Positions 18,746 through 29,485 are shown, counted from the first letter of the stretch. The stretch is DNA of 37,020 bases from Microgenomates bacterium UTCPR1 (GCA_002050095.1 MWSR01000016.1:1-37020); one strand, 5' to 3'. Program-made: numbers and translations. Notes: generated by a model from the letters alone, not told the origin.

Positions 18746-19726
18746 ATGAAGATTTTAGTGACGGGAGGAGCCGGATTCATCGGATCAAATTTCATTTTAT
18801 ACTGGTTAAGCAGGTATACAAACGATAAGATTGTTAACCTGGATAAACTCACCTATGCCGGAAATCTTGAAAATCTTCAAAGCGTTGAGTCGAACAAAAA
18901 CTACGTCTTTATCAAGGAGGACATCTGCAACTCAAAAGCAGTCAAGTCGATAATCAAGGATTACCAAATCGATACGGTTGTCCATTTTGCCGCCGAAACA
19001 CATGTTGACAGATCGATAGATGACCCAACTCCGTTTATTAAAACCAACGTGGAGGGCACCTATGTTCTTCTCGATGCGGCACTAAAGAATAATGTCCATA
19101 GATTTCACCATATCTCGACCGACGAAGTCTTCGGTTCACTGGAATTGGGAACAGAAGAAAAATTCAATGAAAGCTCAAACTATAGTCCGAGAAGTCCTTA
19201 TTCGGCTTCAAAAGCAGCCTCGGATCATCTGGTACGGGCATTTGGCATCACCTACGGTCTGCCGATTACTATATCAAACTGCTCCAATAACTACGGTCCC
19301 TATCAATTTCCCGAGAAACTAATTCCGCTCACAGTTACCAACTTGCTCGAAGGAAAAAAAGTTCCGGTTTATGGTGACGGTCTTTATGTCCGCGATTGGT
19401 TATATGTTGAAGATCACTGCCGCGCGGTCGATCTTATTCTGAACAAAGGCAGGATCGGTGAGACATACTTTATAGGCGGATTAACCGAAGATATTAACAA
19501 TATTGAGATAGTTAAAAAAATATTGAAAATAATGGATATGGGCGAAGATAAGATTAAATATGTAAAGGACCGACCCGGGCATGATAGAAGATATGCTATC
19601 GATTGGTCAAAAATCAATAAAGAACTTGGTTGGAAACCTGAACACGACTTTGAAGAATACCTGAAATTAACAGTCGACTGGTACAAACGGAATAAAAACT
19701 GGTGGAAAAAAATAAAAAATGACTAA
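18746..19726 (+). CDS. rfbB: dTDP-glucose 4,6-dehydratase
   Basis: GGAGFIG, DKLTYAGN, HFAAETHVDRSI, STDEV, YSASK, DRPGHDRRY. Confidence 0.97.
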   Translation: MKILVTGGAGFIGSNFILYWLSRYTNDKIVNLDKLTYAGNLENLQSVESNKNYVFIKEDICNSKAVKSIIKDYQIDTVVHFAAETHVDRSIDDPTPFIKTNVEGTYVLLDAALKNNVHRFHHISTDEVFGSLELGTEEKFNESSNYSPRSPYSASKAASDHLVRAFGITYGLPITISNCSNNYGPYQFPEKLIPLTVTNLLEGKKVPVYGDGLYVRDWLYVEDHCRAVDLILNKGRIGETYFIGGLTEDINNIEIVKKILKIMDMGEDKIKYVKDRPGHDRRYAIDWSKINKELGWKPEHDFEEYLKLTVDWYKRNKNWWKKIKND

Positions 19727-20559
19727 GATAGCAATAACCGGATCCAACGGTCTTGTCGGATCGCGAATCATCGAATTATTGAAAAAAGATTTTACTTTCA
19801 TTCCTTTTACCCAAAAAGACTTTGATATTACCGATCCAAGCCAGACCAAAAAACTGATTGACAAAACCGACTTCGATCTTATGATTCATTTAGCGGCATA
19901 TACCAATGTTGCCGGCGCCGAGACAAATAGGGAGGCTTGCTACAAAATTAATGTCGACGGAACAAGAAATATTTTTAATGCAGTTCAAGACAAAGAAAAA
20001 AAATTTATCTTTATATCGACCGACTTTGTCTTCGACGGAAAACAACCCCCGTACGATGAAGACTCGAGCCCAAACCCGCCCGGCATCTATGCCGACTCCA
20101 AGTATCAAGCCGAAAAAGTGGTGAAGAATAAAGCGATGATCGTTCGAATTGCCTAATCCTTATCGGGCTTTTTTTGAACCGAAAAGGGATTTTTTTAGAA
20201 CCTTTAAGGCTTACCTCGAGCAAAATAAACCACTATCGATGATATCCGATTCACTGATGACTCCGACCTTTATCGACGATATTGCCTACGGACTGAAATA
20301 TCTTATTAAAAATTTTACAACCGATACTATTCATCTCGTCGGAGGACAAGCAATCTCACCTTATCAAGCCGCCGTTCTGATAGCCGAAAAATTCAAACTG
20401 GATAAATCGCTGATAACAAAAACAACCTACGGCGAATATATTAAACAAAAGCCTGGACTACCCCAATTTGCCGATATTCGTAGTAAGAAAAATAATTTTC
20501 AAAAGATGAGATCTTTGAAAGAGGGATTGGAGACAATTAGAATACAGTTAGGACAGTAA
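19719..20559 (+). pseudogene. rfbD: dTDP-4-dehydrorhamnose reductase split by a +1 frameshift (or a sequencing error)
   Basis: N-terminal part has GSNGLVG, AAYTNV, STDFVFDG and YADSK; removing one A from GCC TAA TCC near 20155 gives IVRIAYPYRA and joins the 20149-20559 frame (TPTFIDD). Confidence 0.85.
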
Positions 20560-20639
20560 GGTCTAATCGCCTGACCAAATTGTCGATAACCGATACTTTC
20601 ACATTGAGCTGTGGAAGTTCTCTGTTAAAATAATAGCTT

Positions 20640-21935
20640 ATGACTATCTCAATCATCGGTCACGGATATGTCGGCCTGGTAACCGCCTGTGTTTTCGCTG
20701 ACTTTGGAAATGATGTTTGGGTCATTGGACATACAAAAGAAAAAATTGACCGATTGAGGAAGGGGGATCCGATTATCTACGAACCCGGGTTAGGTGAACT
20801 TCTTCAAAAAAATATAAAGGCAAAGAGGCTTCACTTTTCTGTCAATTATGACTCAATAGCCGGATCCGAGATTGTTTTCATTACTGTCGGTACTCCGCCT
20901 AAAGAAAACGGGGAGGCCGATCTTTCAGCCGTCTTTGAGGTTGCTCGAAATATAGCTAAAAATCTCTCCGACTCTAAAAAACATTTCACAATCGTTTCCT
21001 GCAAAAGCACCGTCCCTGTTGGAACCAATAAAAAAGTTGAGGCAATCCTATCAAAACATTCTTCCAAAAATGCCAAATTCTCGATCGCTTCTTGCCCGGA
21101 GTTTTTGAGAGAGGGAACGGCAATTCACGACACTATCAATGCCGATCGAGTTGTCATCGGCAGCAACTCTAAAAGAGCAATTGATGTTCTTTTGAAGCTG
21201 CATGAATCGATAAACGGAAAAAGAGTCATTACCGATTTAGCTTCGGCCGAGTTGATAAAATACATTTCCAATGCAATGCTGGCAACAAAAATCTCCTTTG
21301 CTAATCTTGTATCTTTTTTTGCCGAAAAAGTTAATGCCGATGTCGAAGACGTGTTGGATGCGGTCGGATTGGATAAAAGAATAGGTCGAATCTTTATGAA
21401 TCCCGGAGTCGGATACGGCGGTAGTTGTCTGCCAAAAGATGTAATGGCGTTAATAGATGTTGGGAAGAAACTTAATGTTGAATCCAATTTTTTAACCGAA
21501 ATCGAACACATAAATCTATTTGCAAAAAAGAATTTTGTCAATAAAATATTGAAGAACTCACCCGGAAAAAAAGTCGCTATCTGGGGACTTGCGTTTAAAC
21601 CAAACACTGATGATATTAGGTTTGCACCTTCAATCTACATCATTGAAGAGTTACTTAAAGAAGGGTTTTCTATTTCCGTCTACGACCAAGAGGCATCAAA
21701 TAATATCAAAAAAATCTTTGCCGATAAAATTCGATACGCTTCCTCTGCCTATGAGTGCCTTCAAGGTGCAAACTCCCTAATTATCTTGACCGAATGGAAT
21801 GAGTTCAAACAGATTAACCTGGATAAAGTAAAAAAAATGATTAAGGATCCGGTGATATTTGATGGAAGAAATATCTACGATCCGATGACTGTTAGAAAAC
21901 TCGGGTTTAAATATTATTCTGTCGGACGACCTTGA
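20640..21935 (+). CDS. ugd: UDP-glucose 6-dehydrogenase
   Basis: GHGYVG, KSTVPVGT, PEFLREG, GYGGSCLPKD, AFKPNTDDIR, DGRN. Confidence 0.95.
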   Translation: MTISIIGHGYVGLVTACVFADFGNDVWVIGHTKEKIDRLRKGDPIIYEPGLGELLQKNIKAKRLHFSVNYDSIAGSEIVFITVGTPPKENGEADLSAVFEVARNIAKNLSDSKKHFTIVSCKSTVPVGTNKKVEAILSKHSSKNAKFSIASCPEFLREGTAIHDTINADRVVIGSNSKRAIDVLLKLHESINGKRVITDLASAELIKYISNAMLATKISFANLVSFFAEKVNADVEDVLDAVGLDKRIGRIFMNPGVGYGGSCLPKDVMALIDVGKKLNVESNFLTEIEHINLFAKKNFVNKILKNSPGKKVAIWGLAFKPNTDDIRFAPSIYIIEELLKEGFSISVYDQEASNNIKKIFADKIRYASSAYECLQGANSLIILTEWNEFKQINLDKVKKMIKDPVIFDGRNIYDPMTVRKLGFKYYSVGRP

Positions 21936-21958
21936 CTATTAATCAAATTATTTAAAAA

Positions 21959-22897
21959 ATGAAAATTCTAATTACGGGAGGAGCCGGATTTATTGGATCT
22001 CATCTGACAAAATACTTTATAGCAGAAGGTGATGAGGTTGTTGTTGTTGATAATTTTATAACCGGTGATAAAAATAATTTAAAAGGTATTATCAATAGCA
22101 AGTCGCTTAAATTAATCGAAACGGATATCGTTGAATTCGACTATCGTGATCTGCCGACATTCGACATTGTCTATGACCTAGCCTCACCGGCATCGCCGGT
22201 CGTTTTTGAAACACTTTCTTTTGAAATTCTGAAAGTTAACAGTATCGGTCTATTCAATCTTTTGGACTTTTTTATAAAAAGCAAAAGTAAAAAATTTGTC
22301 TTTTCTTCAACCAGCGAAGTTTATGGCAATCCTTCCGTTTCTCCCCAACCGGAATCTTATTTCGGTAACGTGAATACCACCGGACCTCGATCCGTCTATG
22401 ATGAAGGAAAAAGGTTTGCCGAAGCAACAATCTCCGCCTATATCCGAAAATATAATATTGATGCGAGAATAGTTAGGATTTTTAACACCTACGGTCCGAA
22501 TATGAGGAGAGATGATGGTCGATTTATTTCCAACTTTATCAACCAGGCAATTACAAACCAGCCTATCACCGTATACGGCGACGGGCAACAAACAAGATCG
22601 TCTTGCTTTATTTCCGATATGGTCGATGCCCTCGTCAAAACAGGAGAGACCGAAGGGTTGAGGGGTGAGATAATCAATATCGGTAATCCCGACGAAAGAA
22701 AAGTTATAGAAGTAGCCAAACTAATAAAAAAACTTACCAATTCCGGATCGAATATAGAGTTTAAACCAATTTGTGAGGACGACCCTAAAATTCGCTGTCC
22801 CGACATCGGAAAAGCAAAAAGGATCCTAAATTGGAATCCAAAAGTCAGCCTTGAAGAAGGACTGCAGATTACAATTAATTATTTTAAAAATATATGA
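21959..22897 (+). CDS. UDP-glucuronate decarboxylase (UDP-xylose synthase-like SDR)
   Basis: GGAGFIGSH, LASPASP, STSEVYG, YDEGKR, RIFNTYGP, DDPKIRCPDI. Confidence 0.9.
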   Translation: MKILITGGAGFIGSHLTKYFIAEGDEVVVVDNFITGDKNNLKGIINSKSLKLIETDIVEFDYRDLPTFDIVYDLASPASPVVFETLSFEILKVNSIGLFNLLDFFIKSKSKKFVFSSTSEVYGNPSVSPQPESYFGNVNTTGPRSVYDEGKRFAEATISAYIRKYNIDARIVRIFNTYGPNMRRDDGRFISNFINQAITNQPITVYGDGQQTRSSCFISDMVDALVKTGETEGLRGEIINIGNPDERKVIEVAKLIKKLTNSGSNIEFKPICEDDPKIRCPDIGKAKRILNWNPKVSLEEGLQITINYFKNI

Positions 22898-24000
22898 GAA
22901 AAGCCGTAGCTATTCTGCCGACTTTCAACGAAGCAGGATATATTAAGTCTTTGATTAAAAGTATTGAAGACGTAAATAAGTCACTGGAAGCTTGGGAGAT
23001 CGAGATCCTTATAGTCGACAGCTTTTCAACCGATGACACATCAACAATCGTAAAAGAGCTTCAAAAAAAATATGGAAACCTACACATCATTGAAGTACCT
23101 AAAGAAGGCCTGGGAAGAGCATACCTTCAAGGATTTAACTATGCGATTAATAAGTTTAATCCTTATCTGATTATCCAGATGGATGCCGACGGACAACACG
23201 ATCCAAAGAAAATTCCCGACTTTCTGAGCGAAATTCAAAAAGGAGCAGATTTTGTTGTCGGAACAAGATATTCAAAAGGTGGCTCTATCCCAAAAAACTG
23301 GGGAATACACAGAAAAATACTTTCAATCGGAGCAAATCTTTTTATTAGATTAGGATTTATGAAGTTGCAGATCAGTGAATGGACTAACGGCTATCGAGCA
23401 ATAAAGACATGGATCGTTAAGGGAGCGCTTAATCATATAAAAAATTATTCGGGCTATGTTTTTCAAGTTGCAATGCTCGACTATGCTTTAAGAAACAATG
23501 CCAAAACGTCGGAAATTCCTGTTGACTTTAAAGAAAGGAGATATGGGATTTCAAAAATAAATGCTTACCAATACATTCTGCAAATTTTTTTATATGTACT
23601 CTCCTACTCTTCATTTATTAAATTCGTAATCGTCGGACTTATCGGCTTTGTACTAGATTTTGGAATATCCTTTTTGGGCATAAATATTTTACATAAACCT
23701 GTCTGGCTAATCACTCTTCTAAGCACGGAAACGGCGATTATCTCAAACTTCTTTCTCAATAATTTTTGGAGTTTTGATCACAAGAGAATTACCGGCCCAT
23801 TAATCGCATTTATCATCGGGCTGACAAAGTTTAACTTAATTTCATCGGTTTCAATTGCTATTCAAACCGTCGGAATCCAACTTCTGATATACTTTTTTGG
23901 AAGTGAGCGGTGGTATATTTACAAGATACTGATAATCGCTTTTGTAATAATACCCTATTCGTATATTCTTTATAATAAGGTTATCTGGAAAAATAAATAA
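22894..24000 (+). CDS. GT2 polyprenol-phosphate glycosyltransferase fused to a GtrA-like domain
   Basis: PTFNE, VDSFSTD, MDADGQHDP, GTRY; C-terminal 4-TM KFVIVG...NFFLNNFWSF domain. Confidence 0.9.
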   Translation: MRKAVAILPTFNEAGYIKSLIKSIEDVNKSLEAWEIEILIVDSFSTDDTSTIVKELQKKYGNLHIIEVPKEGLGRAYLQGFNYAINKFNPYLIIQMDADGQHDPKKIPDFLSEIQKGADFVVGTRYSKGGSIPKNWGIHRKILSIGANLFIRLGFMKLQISEWTNGYRAIKTWIVKGALNHIKNYSGYVFQVAMLDYALRNNAKTSEIPVDFKERRYGISKINAYQYILQIFLYVLSYSSFIKFVIVGLIGFVLDFGISFLGINILHKPVWLITLLSTETAIISNFFLNNFWSFDHKRITGPLIAFIIGLTKFNLISSVSIAIQTVGIQLLIYFFGSERWYIYKILIIAFVIIPYSYILYNKVIWKNK

Positions 24001-24026
24001 TTGGCCCGACACTTATCTGTCTTCAA

Positions 24027-24899
24027 TTATTCTTTGGAGGCATATTCTTTTGAAATCCAACCTTCTTTAAATTTGCCTGCAACCAAACCATCTTCATTAT
24101 CGTTAAACTTAATCTTGTACCAACCGTCTTTTTCTTCCAAGAATTCAAACTTCTCACCAACCTTAACTTTTGCCTCTTCACTGGCATTAATTGAGGCATC
24201 GGCCCTTACCCTCAACCAGCCCTGGGGATTATTGGAAACGGTAACATAATCTCTTTTTACTTCCCCGCTCTTTGTTGATTCTTTTTCAATGTCACCGAGT
24301 AGTTTCTGGCTTTGATCATATGATAGTTTGAAAAACGCATTAACCCGATATCCCGAGTTGACATTTATTCTTTGTGTTCTCCTGAAAAAACCGGGCATAA
24401 AAACCGAAAGCTCATGATCCCCTCTCATCACATCTTGAAGTATCATCGGGGCCACTCCTTTTTCATCGTTATCCAAAGTAACTATTGCACCTTGCGGTTC
24501 CGTCTCAACATAGATCTCTCCGTAATCCGGACCCTTAGCCGACTCTTTCATTTTTTCGGTTGTAAAAATCTCTCCGGCGGTGAAGATATCAGACTGCCCC
24601 AATTCTCGGTTCACAAAGGTTAAAGAATTCTTGAAGATGTTGATTTTTCCGTTCCAAGAAGCCGTTCCTGTTCCCATCCCTTCCGGAATCATCTTCAAAA
24701 GATGCTCTCCAACATCATACTCGATTTCCAATGGTGCCTTTCCAAGGAGCTTGTTGTCGATATAGACTTCGGCAGTCGGTGAAGAAACGATTTTAATCCT
24801 CCCCATCGATGTTGTTTTATCTTTAATGACAAACTTTACAATCACAAAACCGATAAAAAGAATAATTAATGTCAAAAGGAGAACGAATTTGCTTTTCAT
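24027..24899 (-). CDS. Exported PEGA-domain protein with C-terminal SH3b-like domain
   Basis: N-terminal TM; two PEGA repeats (SSPTAEVYID...GKAP, TEPQGAIVTLD); LRVR...GWYKI...GWIS. Confidence 0.85.
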   Translation of the reverse strand: MKSKFVLLLTLIILFIGFVIVKFVIKDKTTSMGRIKIVSSPTAEVYIDNKLLGKAPLEIEYDVGEHLLKMIPEGMGTGTASWNGKINIFKNSLTFVNRELGQSDIFTAGEIFTTEKMKESAKGPDYGEIYVETEPQGAIVTLDNDEKGVAPMILQDVMRGDHELSVFMPGFFRRTQRINVNSGYRVNAFFKLSYDQSQKLLGDIEKESTKSGEVKRDYVTVSNNPQGWLRVRADASINASEEAKVKVGEKFEFLEEKDGWYKIKFNDNEDGLVAGKFKEGWISKEYASKE

Positions 24900-24938
24900 A
24901 TTACACTTATTATTCTATTGCACTTAATGACAAATTTC

Positions 24939-25125
24939 AACCAAGTAACCAAGTAATCCATAACCAAGCTACCAGTTGCTTTTGACTTTAAAGTTCTTTT
25001 TTCTGGATCCCGATTTTCATCGGGATGACGCTCTTCTTAACTTGTAACTTTTAACTTTATAACTTGTAACTTCGCCATCCGCCCTCCGAATCGGAGGGCA
25101 AGACAACCGCTATCCGCTAACCGTC
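24939..25125. repeat. Repeat-rich divergent intergenic region with REP-like palindrome copy 2 (25003-25029) and hairpin (25081-25099)
   Basis: (AACCAAGT)n, (TAACTTG/T)n and (AACCGCT)-like short repeats; CTGG-ATCCCGAT-tttc-ATCGGGAT-GAC; GCCCTCCG-aat-CGGAGGGC. Confidence 0.75.
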
Positions 25126-25216
25126 ATCCTCTACCGAAAGGATTTCCAATAATAAATAATGGTGTATTCCATATTGGATGTATCAATGCCTTAATTTTTT
25201 TGCTATCATAATAGCC

Positions 25217-26908
25217 ATGATTAAGAATAAAATCATAAAAAATTTACAAACAACATTAAAAAAACTGGGAGTTGAAGGAGTAGATGTCGATCTTCAACCG
25301 CCTACCAATCTTGATTTTGGCGATTACTCTACTTCAATCGCCCTTAAACTCACCAAAGTTTTAAAAAAGAATCCTTTGGAAATTGCAGAAATGATAAAAA
25401 AAGAGCTTTCAAAATCTGAACTTATTGATCAGATTGATATTATTAAACCTGGGTTTATTAACTTCCGAATATCAAAAAAATATTTGATAAAAAAGGCTAT
25501 TAGCATTTACAAAAACGAGTTTGGGTTTCCTGAATATTTTTTAGGAAAAAACAAAAAAGTTATGGTTGAGTTTGCTCACCCAAATACTCACAAACTTTTT
25601 CATATTGGCCATTTTCGTAATATCTCAACCGGAGAATCAATAGTAAGGATCCTTGAGGCAGTCGGTAACAAAGTAATCAGAGCCAATTACCAAGGAGATG
25701 TCGGACTACATATTGCCAAATGCCTTTATGGAATCAACTCTTCTTCTTTTGATATTAAAAAGCTCAATTCTTTAAAAGAAAAAATTGAGTTTATCGGCAA
25801 AATGTACACTGCTGGAACCAAAGCTTATGAAGAAGATCCTGAAGCAAAAGAAGAAATACTAAAGATCAATAAAATGATCTATGATAATGACCCTGAAATC
25901 ATGCCTTTATGGTCTGAAACTAAAAAATGGAGTCTTGAATATTTTAATGAAGTTTATAAGCGCGTCTATAGTTACTTTGACCGCCTTTTCCTTGAAAACG
26001 AAGTGACTAAAAGAGGATTGGAAATATCAAAGGAACTACTTGAAAAGGGTATCTTGGAAAAAAGCGAAGGCGCAATTGTTTTTAACGGAAAGAAATATGG
26101 TTTAGACACCAGAGTCTTTATCAACTCACTTGGTTTTCCAACCTACGAGGGCAAAGAAATGGGACTGGCGGAAATTGAATTTAAGGAGTTTGGAGAGTTG
26201 GATAAAATAATTCATATTGTCACTCCCGAACAGACTAGTTTCTTCAAGGTTACCTTTAAAGTTGAAGAGTTAATTAATGAAAAGAAATACAAGGGAAAAC
26301 AGTTCCATCTTATCTATGAATGGGTAAAACTTAAAGAAGGCAAGATGTCATCTCGCGAGGGAAATATTATTGAAGCTAATTGGTTAATCGATCAGATAAA
26401 AGAAAAAATATTAAAGAATTTTAAATGTGATCAAGAAACGGCTGAAATTCTGGCAGTCGCTGCTGCTAAATATTCATTTTTGAAAAATAGCACTAAGACA
26501 ATAATTCACTTCGATATTGATGAGTCGGTTGCAGTTGACGGTAACTCTGCTCCGTATCTAATTTATACCTACGTTCGTTGCCAATCAATATTAAATAAAG
26601 AAAATAATAATTTAGATTATCCTCAAATTGGTGAAAAAACTATCAGCGATGATGAATTAAGACTGATTCGCAAAATCTATCAATTCAATACAATTGTTCT
26701 TAAAGCCGCTCAAGACTACTCGCCTAATTTCATTGCTACTTATCTTTATGAATTAGCGTCGCAATATAATCTTTTCTACCAGAAAAATCCAATCTTGAAA
26801 GCCGAAAATAATAAAAAAGAATTAAGATTATTAATCACTCATGCAACTGCGAAAACAATTAAAAAGGGTTTAGAATTACTCGGTATTAAAACCGTTGAAA
26901 AGATGTAA
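25217..26908 (+). CDS. argS: Arginine--tRNA ligase
   Basis: FGDYS, PGFINF, EFAHPN..K.FHIGH, KMSSREGN, YLIYTYVR, LGI...EKM. Confidence 0.97.
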   Translation: MIKNKIIKNLQTTLKKLGVEGVDVDLQPPTNLDFGDYSTSIALKLTKVLKKNPLEIAEMIKKELSKSELIDQIDIIKPGFINFRISKKYLIKKAISIYKNEFGFPEYFLGKNKKVMVEFAHPNTHKLFHIGHFRNISTGESIVRILEAVGNKVIRANYQGDVGLHIAKCLYGINSSSFDIKKLNSLKEKIEFIGKMYTAGTKAYEEDPEAKEEILKINKMIYDNDPEIMPLWSETKKWSLEYFNEVYKRVYSYFDRLFLENEVTKRGLEISKELLEKGILEKSEGAIVFNGKKYGLDTRVFINSLGFPTYEGKEMGLAEIEFKEFGELDKIIHIVTPEQTSFFKVTFKVEELINEKKYKGKQFHLIYEWVKLKEGKMSSREGNIIEANWLIDQIKEKILKNFKCDQETAEILAVAAAKYSFLKNSTKTIIHFDIDESVAVDGNSAPYLIYTYVRCQSILNKENNNLDYPQIGEKTISDDELRLIRKIYQFNTIVLKAAQDYSPNFIATYLYELASQYNLFYQKNPILKAENNKKELRLLITHATAKTIKKGLELLGIKTVEKM

Positions 26909-26912
26909 ACAT

Positions 26913-28199
26913 ATGACATTTTTTGTCTGCGAAGAATGTGGTTTCGGATCAGCATCGTGGTATGGTAAATGTCCTGATTGTGGAAAATGGAACACGTTAA
27001 CGGAAAGATCGGATTTTTCCAAAACCTCTACTTCTAAAAAAGAAGCTTTGAAAAAAATATCTATCACTCCTTTAAAAAAAATTAAGACACAAACTAAATC
27101 AAGGATAAAAACAGGTATTTTCGAATTTGACCGAGTATTAGGCGGTGGTTTTATTCCCGGGGAGGTTATCTTACTGACTGGCGAGCCGGGTATCGGCAAA
27201 TCAACTTTAATTCTCCAAGCCTTAAAAAATATTAGATGTCTATATATCTCCGGTGAAGAATCCGCTGAACAGGTTAAAAATCGGGCAGACCGTCTTAAGA
27301 TCAATCTTGATAAATTTCTTTTTTCAAATGATTTACAAGTTGAAGGCATTATTGAATCTTCTCTTGAGATGAAAGATAATATTGATGTGATTGTTATCGA
27401 CTCCATTCAGACGGTATATTCCAAAGACATTGAAGGGGCCGCGTCAGGTATTAACCAGCTCAAAGGAGTAACGAAGTTATTAGTAAACTTTGCTAAAAAA
27501 AATAATCTGGCTATTATTCTCATAGGTCATATTACAAAAGAAGGGGAAGTTGCCGGACCAAAGACTTTGGAGCATTTTGTAGACTGCGTGCTAAACTTTG
27601 AAGGTGAAAAAGTGTCAAACTACCGTCTAATCCGCACTTCAAAAAACAGATTTGGCGGAACAGACGAGATCGGTATCTTCGAGATGACACAACAAGGACT
27701 TAAAGAGATAACAAACCCTCTGATATTTATCGAGGAAGCCAAGTCTTCCGATCCGGGAAAGGCCACCGTCGGCATTGCCGAAGGAAAGAGACCTCTTTTC
27801 TTTGAAATCCAGACCCTTGTTGTTCCAACCGTACTGCCTGTTCCGAGACGTGTCGTAAAAGGCCTTGATTACAACAAAGTCCTCCTTCTTCTTGCCGTTG
27901 TTAGAAAAAATCTAAACCTTCCTCTTGATTCCTACGATATCTATGTAAACGTCATCGGTGGCGTATCTATCAAAGGAACAGGGGCCGATCTTGGTTTAAT
28001 TGCTTCACTACTTTCATCGGTTAAAAACAAACCTCTTTCAGCCGGCTCTCTTTTTATCGGCGAAGTGGGCTTGTTGGGTGAAATCAGAAAAACTTTTTTT
28101 GAAGAAAAAGTCGTTTTGGAAGGGAAAAGACTTGGTTTCAAAAAAATCTTCTCGAGCAACAACATTAAAAATGTTAAAGAGTTGAGAAGTATCATCTAG
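26913..28199 (+). CDS. radA: DNA repair protein RadA/Sms
   Basis: C4 zinc finger (CEECG...CPDCG.W), GEPGIGKST, DSIQT, KNRFG, Lon-like C-terminus. Confidence 0.97.
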   Translation: MTFFVCEECGFGSASWYGKCPDCGKWNTLTERSDFSKTSTSKKEALKKISITPLKKIKTQTKSRIKTGIFEFDRVLGGGFIPGEVILLTGEPGIGKSTLILQALKNIRCLYISGEESAEQVKNRADRLKINLDKFLFSNDLQVEGIIESSLEMKDNIDVIVIDSIQTVYSKDIEGAASGINQLKGVTKLLVNFAKKNNLAIILIGHITKEGEVAGPKTLEHFVDCVLNFEGEKVSNYRLIRTSKNRFGGTDEIGIFEMTQQGLKEITNPLIFIEEAKSSDPGKATVGIAEGKRPLFFEIQTLVVPTVLPVPRRVVKGLDYNKVLLLLAVVRKNLNLPLDSYDIYVNVIGGVSIKGTGADLGLIASLLSSVKNKPLSAGSLFIGEVGLLGEIRKTFFEEKVVLEGKRLGFKKIFSSNNIKNVKELRSII

Positions 28200-28821
28200 A
28201 CTCTTTTTTAACAAAATTTTCCTTATAGACGGACTTCTTTCCATTGGCTCCGGTCAACTCTATCTTAAGGACGTTATTCCCCTCTTTGATAGGGAACTCG
28301 TATTTAAAAATCCCGTTATTATCTTGATATACTCTTTGGCCGATAATTACAATTGAAGCTTCTTTATCGGTCTTTCCGACTATTTCGACCTTATCTTCTC
28401 TATTAAATACTCTATCTTTAGGAGATAGTATCGTCAGTTTAGGTGGGGTTAAGAATAAAAAAAGTTGATAACAAAAGTAAAAGAAAAAAAATAAAACTAT
28501 AATAACTAAGCCTCCACGCAACACTTGTTTGGTTTCGGGAGCCAGATATTTTCGGGATACTTTCTCTTTAAATCTGATGTCTTCTTTTCTTTCGTAATCC
28601 CGTCTGAAAAAAGCCAAGATCTTATTCTCGTCTATTGCTAAAAGTTTTGAATAGTTTTTTAATATTCCGATGATGTAAATTTTTGATGAGAAGAAATTCC
28701 AGTTATTATCTTCAATTGCACGAAGATATTTTTCTCTAATTCTAATCCTTTTTTCGACATCCAAAAGAGTAAAACCTTTTTCCAATCGCCTTTTTTTTAT
28801 AATCTCTCCAACGGTAGTCAT
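28192..28821 (-). CDS. RodZ-like HTH membrane protein with C-terminal Ig-like domain
   Basis: TVGEIIKKRR...IREKYLRAIE...GILKNY HTH; single TM; beta-rich C-terminus. Confidence 0.8.
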   Translation of the reverse strand: MTTVGEIIKKRRLEKGFTLLDVEKRIRIREKYLRAIEDNNWNFFSSKIYIIGILKNYSKLLAIDENKILAFFRRDYERKEDIRFKEKVSRKYLAPETKQVLRGGLVIIVLFFFFYFCYQLFLFLTPPKLTILSPKDRVFNREDKVEIVGKTDKEASIVIIGQRVYQDNNGIFKYEFPIKEGNNVLKIELTGANGKKSVYKENFVKKESR

Positions 28822-28920
28822 ATTTAAAAACATTATAGCAATAAATCAATCTGTAGCTCGGGTATTTAGTTAAAAATAAAGAGTCGTGTAACCAAAAGAA
28901 TAGAATGGAGCAACGGTTTT

Positions 28921-29481
28921 TCAAACTCGGCCTGTATACTCACCGGTCTCCGGGTTGATAGTAACCGTCTCTCCAACTTTAACAAACAAAGGAACCATCA
29001 CAGTTACTCCTGTCTCTAATTTAACCGGTTTTTTAGCTCCCGATACCGTGTCACCTTTATCGGCAGCTTCGGCTTCAACCACCTTCAACTTAACGCTTAA
29101 CGGCGGTCTCACAGTCAGAGGTTTTTCGTCGTGTATATACACATACATTTTGTCTCCTTCTTTAAAAAATTTATATACATCACCGACAATATTTAAGGGG
29201 AGAGAAAATTGGTTGTAGGTACGACTATCCATAAAAAACAAGTTCTCGTTATCATGATATAGATACTGCATTTCAATAGATTGAACATCAAGGACTTCAA
29301 CCTGCTCGTTGGACTTGTAAGCATATTCAATATTTTTCCCAGAAAGAAGATTTTTTATCCTGGCTTTCATTAAGGCCGATCCTTTTCCGGGGGAATAGAA
29401 GTCTGCCTTTTGAACTTGCCATACTTCACTCTGGTAATATACAAAGTCACCTTTCTTAAGATTTCCGGCATTTACTTTCAT
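28921..29481 (-). CDS. efp: Elongation factor P
   Basis: PGKGSA loop, YLY, KGDTVSG.KP..LETG, VPLFV. Confidence 0.97.
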   Translation of the reverse strand: MKVNAGNLKKGDFVYYQSEVWQVQKADFYSPGKGSALMKARIKNLLSGKNIEYAYKSNEQVEVLDVQSIEMQYLYHDNENLFFMDSRTYNQFSLPLNIVGDVYKFFKEGDKMYVYIHDEKPLTVRPPLSVKLKVVEAEAADKGDTVSGAKKPVKLETGVTVMVPLFVKVGETVTINPETGEYTGRV

Positions 29482-29485
29482 ATTT

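Noticed and set aside
21125-21607. Antisense or alternative-frame ORFs (e.g. 21125-21607, 26876-27406, 32325-32645)
   Set aside because: Shadows of well-supported genes on the opposite strand, with no recognisable motifs.
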